NCBI GenBank assembly: GCA_964016885.1
Contig: OZ024741.1
Coordinates: forward strand, 163,370,001-163,434,000
Source of the DNA: Eledone cirrhosa
Lineage: Eukaryota
Length of the DNA: 64,000 nucleotides
Reading direction: 5' to 3'
Shown one piece after another: positions 27,763 through 41,106 of the stretch. Within the stretch, counting starts at the first letter, position 1, and each line of letters starts with the position of its first letter. The notes under the pieces are model-generated. The model was not told where the DNA came from. It saw nothing but the letters and a program-made list of their open reading frames with translations, and searched no databases. Both the position numbers and the translations under genes were made by a program.

Positions 27763-30700
27763 TTCTTTGAGTCTCAGTCATTGATGTTAGTTAACTGGAA
27801 AGTTTGTTGAAATGAATATCAAGCCATTACCTGCAGCCTCATATTCAGGACGTATCGGAGGGTTCTTGCTTTTCCCAGCAAGCATGCCTTTTGAAGCGTT
27901 CCAAAAAGCGTGAAGAGGCCAATTTTCTTTAACCATCCCTGGAAACTTTTTGAGATAGTACCTAGTGCGCCTATGACAATCGGGACCACTTTGACTTCAT
28001 GGCAGTTCCAAATCCTTTTTACCTCCCACTTTAAGTCCTGGTATCGGTTAATTTTCTCCCTCTCCTTCTCTTGCACTCTCGTGTCGAATGGGCAGGCCAC
28101 ATCCACAATCAGGCACGATCTTTTTTCTTTGTCCACAACCACCAGGTCAGGTCTATTGTGTTCCAGTTTCTTGTCCGTCTGTATCCTAAAATCCCACAGC
28201 ACCTTCACCTGATCGTTTTCTATCACCGACTCTGGCTTATGCTCATACCACTTCTTAGAATGTGGTAAATTGTTTACTTTGCATAGGTGCCAGTGGATCA
28301 CCCTGCCCATCACATTACGTCTCCAGCCCTTATAGTGAGTCTGGGCTAGGTGTTTACACTCGGATACAATGTGAGCCACAGTCTCCTCTCTCTCTCTCCA
28401 CAGATCCTGCACAGTGGGCTAGCCTCCTCCTTGTAAATATGGTGTTTCAACCACTTCGTTTTGAGGGCCTGCTCTTGCGCAGCCATTAACATTCCTTCTG
28501 TAGCCTTTTTAAGGTCTCCTCTTTTCAACCAGTTCCATGTCTGTGGATCTCTGAATTCAGTTTTCTCAAAGAAGGTACTATGAAGGGATTTTTCATGAAG
28601 GCTACTCTTTCTCCTTGTTGTTATTTCCTCCTTGGACATCCCCTGGTCTATTGTCCTCTCCTTCAGTACAGTTCTGAGCATTGGCTCCTTACTATCAGTC
28701 ACGTATTTGTGTAGGTTGTTTTTCTCCATCTGAATACAGTCATCTATGCTGATAAGACCTCTTCCACCTTCAGATCTCCTTAAGTAGAGTCTATCGACAT
28801 CACTCCTCTTGTGGAACATGTTGTAGATAGTCAATAGCTTCCTAGTCTTCCTATCCATTTCTTTTTGTTCAGCAACATTCCATCTCAGAATTCCTGCACT
28901 GTACCTAATAATAAACACAACTCGGGAATTTACTGTACTTATGGCATTCCTACTGTTCAGATGTGACTTTAATACGCTCCTTACTCTCCGAATGTATTCA
29001 GTTCTTATCAATTCCTTCATTTTTTTGTTCTTGATGTCATCAGCCTCCAGAACACCCAAATACTTGTATCCTTCTTCAGTGTCAATTTCCTTTATCATCT
29101 CACCTGTTGGTACCTGGATTCCGTTACTTCTACTCAATTTACCCCTCTTCATCACAAGGACTCCACACTTACTAATATAAAATTGCATACATATATCATT
29201 GCTGAAAATACGGACAGTGTCAACAAGCACATCCAACTCCTTCTCACTCTTCCCCAAGAGCATAAGATCGTCCATGAAGAGGAGGTGATTGAAGGTAAGC
29301 TCTGCCTTTCCCAACTTGTATCCTGCTCTCACTTTTCACAGTATAATGGTCAGGAGCATCAGGGCAAGGACAAACAACAGAGGGAGGGGACAGACTATCT
29401 CCCTGGAAGATACCTCTCTTGATCTTCACGCCTCCCAAGGATTCTCCAGCTGATGTTAACTCTGTTTCCCAGGACTTCATACTTTTGCCCAACAACTGTC
29501 TGATGTTATCTGCCACCCTGAAGATCTCTAGGCTTTTGGTGATCCAAGAACGAGGCACCATGTCAAACGCCTTTTTGTAGTCTATCCATCCCATGGCAAG
29601 ACCAGTGTGTCTCCTCTTGCAATTCCTCTATTACCATCTTATCAATAAGTAACTGGTCCTTTGTACCACGGGACTTCTTTCGGCATCCTTTCTGTTCGTC
29701 CGGTAACAAGTTGTTTGTGTGGAGGTGATGGTAGATTTCCTCAGACATAATGCTTGTCAACAGTTTCCACATTACGGACAGACATGTGATAGGTCTATAG
29801 TTGGTAGCATCATTACCCTTGATTCTGTCTTTCATTATCAGAACTGTGGTACCTTTTGTCAACCACTCCGGTACCTCACCTGACATCAAGCAGTCATTGA
29901 ACATGGTTGTCAGTTTCGGGTGGAGGGATGTTATATTTTTAATCCAATACCCCGGCACACCATCTGGGCCTGGTGATCTCCAGTTGGTTAGTTTTTCAAC
30001 TGTGATACTCAAATCAGTTTGTTGGTGTGCCTGTTCACTAATCTCCTTCTGTACTGTCTCAATCCACACTGCCTGGTCATTATGTTTAACATCCTGCTCC
30101 CATATTCCTCTCCAGAATGTTTTAGTTTGTTCCGCCTCGGGGATCAAGTCGTTGCCTCTTTCTTTCCCTTCAAGCTGTCCAAACAACATCTTCTGGTTGT
30201 TGTCAAACATGCGGTTCTGTCTATACTGACTGACTCTGCTCTCGTATCGCTTAATTTTTGCACTCTTTGCTACAATGCTTTGCTTCAGTTCCTCTATGAT
30301 AATATTTAGCTTTCTACCTCCTAGTTTTGTACTTTATTTCCAGTCTATTTTTAGTGTCTATGTTTTTTAGTGTCCCATTCCTTAGGGACTCAAGCTTTCC
30401 AATGTCATTTCTCATTTCCCTGATTTGACCACTCAGTCGTTTCTTCCACCAAGGCTCTGATCTTTCTTGTTTGTTGTTTCCTCTCGCTTTTATACCAAGT
30501 AATTTCCTCACCGTATTTGCTGTTGCTTTGAGGATATTGTTGCACTGGTGGAGGTTCCTCGCCTCAAGGTATGGGATGACTTTGTTTACCTTAGCTGTTG
30601 TTTCTTTTAACTTTTTCCTGTCTACAAATCTTAGGTTCATAGGTTTCCCACTATCATTGTTCAATTCATGTACCACTAAGTTTAGGTATCAACCAAATCT

Positions 30701-31290
30701 TGTCCTAGCCCGTCAGCATTCATCTCCTCAATGACCGTATCTCTGTTCCAGGTATTATTTATTTCAGCATTCAAATCATTGTCTGCTTCGGATGATTCCT
30801 CCGTTCTCTCAACCTCTTCACCTTCATTTCCCACTGGCTCGTTTTCTTGGCATACTCCACTCTCCATTTCCAAGCTAATCTCTCTGCTCAGTTCCTCCAG
30901 TTCCAGCTCGCTTATCCACCCATGTTTTCTTATTACCCGAGCCTGCCCGGTCAATTTTTGTTCATCTAATTTAAATAGACTAATCTCGTTCCAGATGTTA
31001 TGCATCCGTTTCCTATAGCCTTTCTCCTTGGGGTTACTCTTCAGGTAACATTGCATAACAGTTCTATTCAATTCTTTCGTCCAGTTGGTTCTGGTCCCTT
31101 TCCTTCTTCTTCTTCCTCCGACACCAGCAGTATTTAGTTGACAGCCAGGTCCCTGCTGCTGAGCCAGGAAGCACCTGCTGGGTGAGAGTCTGTCACATGA
31201 CATTCTAGTCTCTACTTCACCGTTATTCGAACTGTTTAGATTCGACATTTAAACACTCTTATCGAGGATTGGTGAATGTATGGTTACATA
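27763..31290 (-). mobile_element. R4/Dong-like family 2, near full length, frameshifted
   Basis: ORF start MSNLNSS at 31248; WTKELN..VMQCY, WRSPGPDG, NYRPITCL, WIDYKKAFD, GIFQGDSLSP, HLLFMDDL, CRICG, NRPDLVVVD, DVACP; (TAA)n 3' end. Confidence 0.93.
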
Positions 31291-32199
31291 ACCACCGGTG
31301 ATTTCATCAACTTCGGTGATTTCGTCACTCCCGGTGATTTTTGTGTGGCACTATCACGCTGTAGACGAACATAAATAAACAAACAAACAAACAGGCAAAA
31401 ATAAACCAAAAAAGAATAAGCATAAGTTTCATTGTAATGTAATGTTTGAATGTCTGACTTAGTTTTTCCCTTCTCTTCTCTGTCCGTCTGTTTGTTTTTC
31501 TTTTCATTTCTTTTCTCTACATTTTTCGTTGCTACTGTGCTGCTTTGATTTTGATTTTTGGTTTTTTGATTTTTTGACCGGCTCATCAAATCAGTCTATT
31601 TATATATTGTGATGCCTTCCTCTTTTAGTGGGGACACTACGATGTAGCAGGAGGTAGTGGGAGAGAATAGCGGCGGTAGTGATAATAAGGCAGTGGTGGT
31701 GGTGGTGGTGGTGGTGGTGGTGGTGCTGTGCTAGTAGTACTTAGCAGGGGGTAGTAGGAGAGAATAGCGGCGGTAGCGATAATGAGGCAGTGGTGGTGGT
31801 GATGTGATCGTAGTACTGTAGTGATGGTATTGAAGTTGAAGTAGAAATAGAAGTTGAGGTAACTTGACTATTATTCTTCTTCTTCTTATTATTATTATTA
31901 TTATTACATTCAAAGTAAAGGATATCATGAATGATGCAAAATCAAACATATGTCTTATCTCCAAAAAAAAAAAAAAAAAAATTATATATATAGTTATAGA
32001 AAAACATGAGTTGATATTCAGTAATACATGTAATGGTGATTCTGACAAGTATGTCGATGCATTACGTAACCAAATTTAATCAACAATGGCATAGGTAAGC
32101 TGGATTATTATATAATCAATTACGGCATACTGCCGGGGATTAGTGCATCTTTTCAGAAGAATTAAAATGATTAATGTTTCTGGAGTCTGGAGAAAAGAT

Positions 32200-32245
<46 letters not shown>

Positions 32246-32269
32246 GGGGGGGGGGGGTGAAAGGTACAG

Positions 32270-32385
32270 GACCCCGACTCTGAGCTCCAGTCCTGAATCT
32301 TTTTATATTACCTACTCTACTACCCCAAGTATCGAGTACTCTGGTGGGTTTTGGTCCACCTGGTATTTTACCACACCTTATCTCA
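32270..32385 (+). mobile_element. Family C-related fragment with a short inverted 5' piece
   Basis: GACCCCGACTCTGAGCTCCAG is the rc of the HHR 3' half; the tail matches 13080-13150. Confidence 0.55.
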
Positions 32386-32414
32386 TATATCTATATAAAT
32401 ATATATATATATAT

Positions 32415-32601
32415 AGGATAAAAGAGAAAACACAGGTAAGCATTAAAAAAAGGATTTTATCCAGGTATTTACGACCGTTTCATTGGTAAGTGCAACCTTA
32501 TATTGCTATACTGCAAATAGCAGCCACTCAATAATAATTGTTGTACACGTCCAAATTTTCAAAATAGTGAATAAGTTACTCTTAACACCCCCCTTCTTTA
32601 T

Positions 32602-32681
<80 letters not shown>

Positions 32682-33302
32682 ATCCCTCTATCTCTCCCCC
32701 TCTCTCTTTCTCTTTCTTTCTCTCTCTCTCTCCATCCATCCCACTATAAACAAATTAATTCTCTTTAACTCACTACACTCTAAATCGACGACGTCTTGTC
32801 TACATATATCAAAACTGATCAAAGATTCCTTAAACCTCTACCGCTCCCTCCATCTCAGTTTGTCACCCTACTTCCTAATTCTTCTCCCCCTTTCTCTCTC
32901 TCTATACTACTCCCTTTGTCCCTCCACTTTCTAATTCCTCTTCCTCTCTCTCTATACTAACAAATACAATTCCAAAAAATATTTTTCTATTTATTAAGAA
33001 CTTGTTAAGAGTAACTTATTCACTATTTTGAAAATTTGGACGTGTACAACAATTATTATTGAGTGGCTGCTATTTGCAATATAGCAATATAAGATTGCAC
33101 TTACCAATGAAATGGTCGTAAATACCTGGATAATATCCTTTTTTTAATGCTTACCTGTGTTTTCTATTTTATCCTTTACACTCTAAGATTGAACGTGATT
33201 CTTACAAACTTGTAGAGTTACCCCTAACCGTACGTTGAAACCGTCCATGAAACTGGCTGTCTTAACCACGAACTGGATTACAATAAGCAATTTTCTGCTT
33301 CC

Positions 33303-33308
<6 letters not shown>
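32415..33308 (+). mobile_element. PLE-type 3' remnant with inverted 5' pseudo-LTR, in (TA)n
   Basis: 32415-32587 is the rc of 33003-33175; CT-rich spacer; residual HHR 3' half GAAA-C(GGTC)G-TA-AATA; (TA)n both sides. Confidence 0.7.
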
Positions 33309-33338
<30 letters not shown>

Positions 33339-33340
<2 letters not shown>

Positions 33341-33523
33341 CGAAGGAAATGTGGTAAGGAACCAGGTGGACCATAACGCACCAAAGTACTCAATACCTGA
33401 GGTAGTAGAGTGGGTAATAGGAACCAGTAAGACCCCGACAGCTGAGCTCAAGCCGTTTCGACGGCTAATTGAGAATTAGCCGTCGAAACGGCTTGAGCTC
33501 AGCTGTCGGGGTCTTACTGGTTC
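33339..33523 (-). mobile_element. Family C element ending in a perfect 50-bp fold-back
   Basis: 33421-33470 and 33474-33523 are exact reverse complements around a GAG loop; (TA)n both sides. Confidence 0.85.
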
Positions 33524-33524
33524 T

Positions 33525-33595
<71 letters not shown>

Positions 33596-33943
33596 ATATA
33601 TATACAGGGTGTCCCAAAATATATATACACACTTCAACGCCATTCTAATATATATTTCCAGTACAAGTAAACAAAGCGTTTGGGGATACTCCATATATAT
33701 ATATATATAATTTTTGGGGGGTTGTTTTGGAACCCTGAACAATGCAGATGGGCAAATCTCCGGGTAACAGAATCCGTTGGTGAAGAGAGAGATGTAATGT
33801 AAGGGAGTGTAGAATAAGATGTATAGTGTATAGAGGAACGTAGGAAAGAGCGTAAAAAATAAAGATAATATACACACAAACAGCGGACAACAGAGGCCAT
33901 GTAACGTTCCTCTCCCACAGATAACTTCCTCTCCAACAGATAA

Positions 33944-34511
33944 CTTGCATATCGAGTGAGTTAATCGGCCGGGCGCACCGAAAACGATAAATGGAAAAGA
34001 TGAAACGAAATTTCATTTATCATTCTTAGTACGGCTGTTACTTAAATCCATACGTACATATATATGTGTGCATGTATGTATATATATACATACTACTGTA
34101 CGTCTGTATACATACTTATATTTATGGATATTAACGGCTACTCAACCATTAATATGCACAAGGAAAGTATATACTTTCAGACGTTCAATCATCTGGCAGG
34201 AAGGTATACGGTGCTGACGATAGCTAATAAGCTTGAAACTAGTACATCGTTCCTTTGTCAGTGTTGTACAAAAGGGCAACGATGGTTGCTAAACACTGTA
34301 CGGCTTAATTCGGGATGTTTGTTTACAAACAAACCGAGCATTATAATAAATGGTCAGTAAATCCATACGTACATATATATATCTGTGCATGTATGTATAT
34401 ATATATACATACTACTGTACGTCTGTATACATATATGTATGTACGTATACATACTTATATTTAAGTAACAGCCGTACTAAGAATGAGAAATGAAATTTCG
34501 TTTCATTTTTT

Positions 34512-34515
<4 letters not shown>
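33944..34515 (+). mobile_element. Family B copy with rearranged, inverted 5' patchwork
   Basis: 33944-34046 minus-orientation piece, 34044-34123 duplicated plus piece, 34136-34515 main plus copy ending at (TA)n. Confidence 0.85.
34208..34250 (+). ncRNA. Minimal type I hammerhead ribozyme (family B)
   Basis: ACGGTG-CTGACGA-TAGCT AATA AGCTT-GAAA-CTAG-TA-CATCGT; palindromic stem III ACTAGT. Confidence 0.85.
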
Positions 34516-34553
<38 letters not shown>

Positions 34554-36002
34554 CGAATTATTGTTGAGGACCTGCGGGGTGCTCTGGGTTTTAACAATCA
34601 ACGAATAGTTGTCTAGATATAACCCTAACTAGTCCATATCCTCACCCTCAGCTTATTTCATCTAGCCAAACTCGTGTATCTTCCCCTTTGCTATACAACA
34701 ACACCTCAATCCTCACGCTTGCGGTCCAAACCGTAACCTATAAATAACGATACCAACATATATATCTCGAACGCATAGTGTGAATGAATAAAAATTACCG
34801 CTAATACACCTATATATTCGTCACATGACACTGTAGTAAATTAAAAATAAGGTAATAATCCCACTAATTGTTAAACTTTCCTTTAATATATCCATATACA
34901 ATTCGAACTCATACCCTCCATGTTTACAGTTAGCAACATATCTCCAACAACACCCCACATCATTTTTCTCATCATTGTTGTCATCATATCTATTTCTAGT
35001 ATATAAAATGAGATATTAGAAATAAGTCTTTTGTCTCTAGGATATTGCACTACTTTTCCTGAGTGTATAATGTATGTATTTCAATTGTTCGTCATACCTT
35101 TTGACGAACCGAGACATCGATTTCAGTAATAACGCAAACCTATCTAAAGCCTTTAAAATATCGTTTATTTTTAGTCGTATTTATGTATATAGATATAATA
35201 GGAAACTTTTAGTAGTTGTTTGAGCTTTCGGTGGAAACACGAGTAAAAAGAAAAAAGAAAAGAAAAATTTCGTTGTTCTTGATATCAAGTTTTGAGACAC
35301 ATTAGATAAAGAATTTATTTTATTCACATACAAAATTTTATGAGATATGCTACAGCAAAAATATCACGCGGAGAAATTTAAATGAAGTGCTAGAATAAAA
35401 TAAATAACACAAGTTAAGACAGCGGTAAAGTAAAATAGATAATCTGTTTTTTGGTTGATATAGAAAGAAAAATATGCTAATCGATAGAATCACAGAAGTC
35501 AGTGAATTAAAATGTTAACACAATTGTCTTAATACTGTTATGTGAAACAAACGATTTTTTTTTTGGGGGGGGGGGGGTATTTGTTGAAAATTATAAGTTT
35601 TTCTTAAGGACAAAACACTGACGATGCTAGGAAGTTGTAGTAGATATATCCCATGTAAAATATATCCCATGTAAAATAAATATGCGTTACAAAGTTGAGT
35701 CAACGTTCATTTATGTACAATATTTTTATCTAACTTCTTTCTCAAACATAATCTTTTTAACACTTATACTGAAATAAGCCAATAAATTGCGTGCACACCC
35801 ACCCCATTACATATATTTCAAGCATGGTACTTATTTATGGAATTGATTTGTAGAGGAACTAAGTTATGGGATATATACACAATTGTAAACGCATATGCAC
35901 TTAAGAATCGTTTTCCGAAGGGAGACGAAAGATAAGCACTGTTAAATAATGTATTCAATACATTAGTTGAGAAAGTGTTTATTTATTTCACGTAGAAATG
36001 TT

Positions 36003-36097
36003 TTCTGCAGAAGTAGAACCGTTTCATTACTTTGAAATCAACAGCAATAACATTCCTCATGATTTCAAACGAATGAAATGGTTCTAGTCTTGCAGAA
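36003..36097. repeat. Imperfect ~38-bp-arm inverted repeat (hairpin or tiny MITE)
   Basis: TTCTGCAGAAGTAGAACCGTTTCATTACTTTGAAATCA vs TGATTTCAAACGAATGAAATGGTTCTAGTCTTGCAGAA. Confidence 0.7.
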
Positions 36098-36108
36098 GTC
36101 TTTTCGGT

Positions 36109-36152
<44 letters not shown>

Positions 36153-36367
36153 TAAGTTAAAGTGTACATCTACATATGTATACGGAAGTATTAGTATGCA
36201 TATAAATACACACATGTATACATATGTACATGTACTCAGCTTTTCACTAGACACTTTACAGTGAGTGTCAGCTAGTCTGTATGTAACCACACAGGCGGAC
36301 CGGGTTTTAGAGTCATACGAGTTTTCAAGGAAACACATTTCCTCTATTCTCCAGAGGGCCAGACAGG

Positions 36368-36412
36368 AATATTGGACTAGTTTCGATGTTATTACATCTC
36401 ATCAGCAATATT
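36368..36412 (-). ncRNA. Minimal type I hammerhead ribozyme (family A)
   Basis: rc: AATATTG-CTGATGA-GATGT AATA ACATC-GAAA-CTAG-TC-CAATATT. Confidence 0.92.
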
Positions 36413-36836
36413 TACCCATCTTCCGGCTTCTCTGGAGAATTGTAAAAGCACATATCGTTATATGCTTTTTCTATGAAAATTAGTAGTGGGTAGACTAATT
36501 TGCATAGAACGTGAGTCATTGTACGCACCGGTTCAGCGGAAACGATAAAAACAAATAACGAAACGAAATTAAATTTCGTTTCGCTTCTAACTCACTTTTG
36601 TATGACTGACGCTTAAACAATTAAGTTAAAGTGTACATCTACATATGTATACGGAAGTATTAGTATGCATATAAATACACACATGTATACATATGTACAT
36701 GTACTCAGCTTTTCACTAGACACTTTACAGTGAGTGTCAGCTAGTCTGTATGTAACCACACAGGCGGACCGGGTTTTAGAGTCATACGAGTTTTCAAGGA
36801 AACACATTTCCTCTATTCTCCAGAGGGCCAGACAGG

Positions 36837-36881
36837 AATATTGGACTAGTTTCGATGTTATTACATCTCATCAGCAATATT
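36837..36881 (-). ncRNA. Minimal type I hammerhead ribozyme (family A)
   Basis: Identical to 36368-36412, offset +469. Confidence 0.92.
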
Positions 36882-37305
36882 TACCCATCTTCCGGCTTCT
36901 CTGGAGAATTGTAAAAGCACATATCGTTATATGCTTTTTCTATGAAAATTAGTAGTGGGTAGACTAATTTGCATAGAACGTGAGTCATTGTACGCACCGG
37001 TTCAGCGGAAACGATAAAAACAAATAACGAAACGAAATTAAATTTCGTTTCGCTTCTAACTCACTTTTGTATGACTGACGCTTAAACAATTAAGTTAAAG
37101 TGTACATCTACATATGTATACGGAAGTATTAGTATGCATATAAATATACACATGTATACATATGTACATGTACTCAGCTTTTCACTAGACACTTTACAGT
37201 GAGTGTCAGCTAGTCTGTATGTAACCACACAGGCGGACCGGGTTTTAGAGTCATACGAGTTTTCAAGGAAACACATTTCCTCTATTCTCCAGAGGGCCAG
37301 ACAGG

Positions 37306-37350
37306 AATATTGGACTAGTTTCGATGTTATTACATCTCATCAGCAATATT
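37306..37350 (-). ncRNA. Minimal type I hammerhead ribozyme (family A)
   Basis: Identical to 36368-36412, offset +938. Confidence 0.92.
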
Positions 37351-37652
37351 TACCCATCTTCCGGCTTCTCTGGAGAATACATGTGTGTATTTATATGCAT
37401 ACTAATACTTCCGTATACATATGTAGATGTACACTTTAACTTAATTGTTTAAGCGTCAGTCATACAAAAGTGAGTTAGAAGCGAAACGAAATTTAATTTC
37501 GTTTCGTTATTTGTTTTTATCGTTTCCGCTGAACCGGTGCGTACAATGACTCACGTTCTATGCAAATTAGTCTACCCACTACTAATTTTCATAGAAAAAG
37601 CATATAACGATATGTGCTTTTACAATTCTCCAGAGAAGCCGGAAGATGGGTA

Positions 37653-37697
37653 AATATTGCTGATGAGATGTAATAACATCGAAACTAGTCCAATATT
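37653..37697 (+). ncRNA. Minimal type I hammerhead ribozyme (family A, inverted copy)
   Basis: AATATTG-CTGATGA-GATGT AATA ACATC-GAAA-CTAG-TC-CAATATT; GUC cleavage predicted after 37690. Confidence 0.92.
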
Positions 37698-37982
37698 CCT
37701 GTCTGGCCCTCTGGAGAATAGAGGAAATGTGTTTCCTTGAAAACTCGTATGACTCTAAAACCCGGTCCGCCTGTGTGGTTACATACAGACTAGCTGACAC
37801 TCACTGTAAAGTGTCTAGTGAAAAGCTGAGTACATGTACATATGTATACATGTGTGTATTTATATGCATACTAATACTTCCGTATACATATGTAGATGTA
37901 CACTTTAACTTAATTGTTTAAGCGTCAGTCATACAAAAGTGAGTTAGAAGCGAAACGAAATTTAATTTCGTTTCGTTATTTG

Positions 37983-38056
<74 letters not shown>

Positions 38057-38089
38057 CAAATGGAAACTATATTTATAAAACCATATTTA

Positions 38090-38150
38090 TTTCATTATAC
38101 ATATTTCAAGAACACCAAAGCAAATTATGGTGCGCTTTCATCAGATAAAA
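38090..38150 (-). ncRNA. Type I hammerhead ribozyme in PLE pseudo-LTR
   Basis: rc: TTTTAT-CTGATGA-AAGCGCACCA..TGGTGTTCTT-GAAA-T(ATGT)A-TA-ATGAAA. Confidence 0.85.
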
Positions 38151-38595
38151 TATAATATAGATCAGTTTTATAAACAAATATTGACATACCCTTAAAGAAT
38201 TCAACCATGTCGGTTGGAAGCTCCCAGATAGTGGGATTACTAATTTTATTATTGGTCTATTATGCAAATTAGTGTCGGAAAGGTATAAATCCCATACATT
38301 TAAATTAAGCCGTTGGAATAGGGAAAAAAGAAAAGGAAAAAGAAAAAGAAAGAACGAAAGAAAAACAAAAGACAAAAAAGAGAAAGAGAGAAAACCCTAA
38401 GTGAGAGAGTGTTGTATTAACGTAATTTTATGAGATGATGAAGCGAAAAGATAAATATATATTGGATGAATTACGCGAAGTAAATAAAGCGTGGATAAAT
38501 AAATAAATAAATAGTAATAACCGGAGAATTGTATCTAATGTTTAAATTTGATTAAATTGTTGAGATCTATAAATTAAAAATTAAAAATTAAAAGA

Positions 38596-38676
<81 letters not shown>

Positions 38677-39769
38677 CTATCAAAATATATGTTATTATTA
38701 CATAACCTTACATACATTTATTATTAATCATCAACCAACAATTAACTATTAAATTTTTCAATTAACAATAAAACTCATAAGAAATAGCAAAATATATGTT
38801 TAAAATATAGGAATGTTCAGAGATTTTACCGAAGAAAAATCTCTTAGTAATAGCAATACAGCGTGATGGAAAATTTATTGATTTATTTGTAATTTAGATA
38901 CCTCTAAGGATTATATGCTATAAAAGGTAAGATGATAAAAAAAAGTTAAGATTATAAGAGAACCTTATATTATTTTATAGTAAGTTATAATTTTATATAT
39001 TTTATATATTTTATAAATCCACCTGTTATACAGTTGTGACTGTTAAAATATAAGTTTGTTTACTATAACGTCTTAATGTTTAAAGTTTTTCATAAGAATA
39101 TATCTAAAGCATAAACCGTAAGATACCTTTTATATGAGTTCTTTCATAAAATGTATTCAAATTATACATTTCGATATATATATATATATATACACAGATA
39201 TACATATGCATATATACGCACACATAGACACATACATATATATAAATATACATATATATACACACATACATATACACATATACATATAAATATATATATA
39301 TATTACAATTTTTAAAAAAGATATAATTATATAATTTTAAAAGGAATTATATTTTTAAGCAATGTAATTTTTAAGCAATATAATTCTAAAAATATGTAAT
39401 TTTTAAGCAATATAATTTTAAAAATATATATAAGAATATATAGAAAAAACACAGTATAAAATATGAATTATAATTTTTTATAATTTTTTATATCCATCAG
39501 AGGAATTAACAATAAACCTTTTTTTTAGAAACTTTCAGTATGTTTATCTTAATTTTTTATACCCACTTTTAAAAAAAACTTTCAGTATTTTTTTCTAGAA
39601 GAGTTTTCAAGGAAAAATTTTAAGGAAAAAAATTTTTAAGGAAAAAAATTTTTTTAAGGAAAAGATTTTTAGGAATAATGTTTTATTCATTTAAGAGAGT
39701 TTGTGGCAGTCGTATGAAGGAATCTAATGATTTATCGATAGGTTTAATAAGATGAATTATATATTACAT

Positions 39770-40767
39770 TTAAAATTTATATTTAAACGTTGAATTTAAT
39801 CTATGTTTGCAGTAACTGAAAAGATTGTTCCATAAATTCACAGGATTTTTGCTCTTTAATATAAAGAATATTTCCTCTTTAATATAAATAATATTTCCTC
39901 TATACAAAGAGCACAATTTTCCGAAGAGGCGTTAAATGGAGGAGCTTTGGAAATAATATTCCAAAGTAAATAATAGTTAATGTTCTTTAATGTTAGGTCC
40001 CATAGCTAGATAGAGAAGTTGAAGATTTTTTATTTATATTCGTAAAAGAGAATTTATGGTTATTAAAGCGGGATTTAAAGTCTGTGGAAGTAGAACCTAC
40101 ATAATTAAATGAATTTAAATTAGTTTTTACATTACAATTATATACTATATTTTTAGCTAAACAATTGTTATTTAGCGGACAGTTAGATTTATTTCTACAG
40201 TTACATTTATCAAAATTCAAGTTACTAGGAGCCGTATTATTAAATTGGATATTGCTGGGGTTGTTAATGGTATTCTGGTTAGGTTTTAAGTTTCTATTAT
40301 TAATTCTATTAATATTCTGCGCTAAATTACTGGTGGTTGAATAAGTCAATTTTATAGTATGTCTATTAAATATTGAGTAATATCTAGGGAAGCATTTGTC
40401 AAGAGCTTTAAAGAATAGTTTAGCAATAGGATTTTTAATATTTAATGAGAAAGGAGGAGCGAACCATAATATATTCCGAGTTCTATTTCTTTTTTTTGCT
40501 TTTCGAATTATTGTAAGGTTTTCTATTATAATTGTTAAAATTATGGTTATTTGTTATATTATTATTATCAATATATTTAATTTTATTACTATATCCAGCT
40601 CTACCTAACGCTTCGTTGTAATATTGTGCTTTATCATCAAAAATATTCTTATTAGCTGAAATTCTAGAAATGCGTTGCTGTACAGAATTTACTATTTCTA
40701 CTTTAAGATTAAGGTAATTAAAAAATTGTATAATTTCTTTTCTTTTCCTATTTAATTCACAGTTATT
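39770..40767 (-). pseudogene. PLE RT-thumb, linker and GIY-YIG remnant
   Basis: ILWFAPPFS, TYSTTSNL, CNCRNKSNCPLNNNCL, NIVY, YVGSTSTDFKSRFNNH, SYCKHR; frameshifted. Confidence 0.9.
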
Positions 40768-41005
40768 ATCCTTAGAGGTATCTAAATTACAAATAAATCA
40801 ATAAATTTTCCATCACGCTGTATTGCTATTACTAAGAAGAGATTTTTCTTCGGTAAAATCTCTAAACATTCCTATATTTTAAACATATATTTTGCTATTT
40901 CTTAAAAGTTTTATTGTTAATTGAAAAATTTAATAGTTAATTGTTGGTTGATGATTAATAATGAATTTATGTAAGGTTATGTAATAATAACATATATTTT
41001 GATAG

Positions 41006-41106
<101 letters not shown>

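Larger units (their letters stand above)
36148..37989. mobile_element. Family A non-coding HHR element: ~2.6 tandem 469-bp units (minus) plus ~1.3 inverted units (plus), in (TA)n
   Basis: Unit starts at 36148, 36617 and 37086; orientation flips at about 37378; units nearly identical; (TA)n both sides. Confidence 0.95.

Noticed and set aside
33603-33737. Tc1-like MITE (TA-CAGGGTGTCCCAAAA)
   Set aside because: The left TIR is plausible but the right end is ambiguous between two degenerate matches
36108-37921. Repeated 64-78 aa ORFs in family A (and the 75-aa ORFs in family D)
   Set aside because: Short, non-ATG starts likely, no motifs; they recur only because the DNA is tandemly repeated
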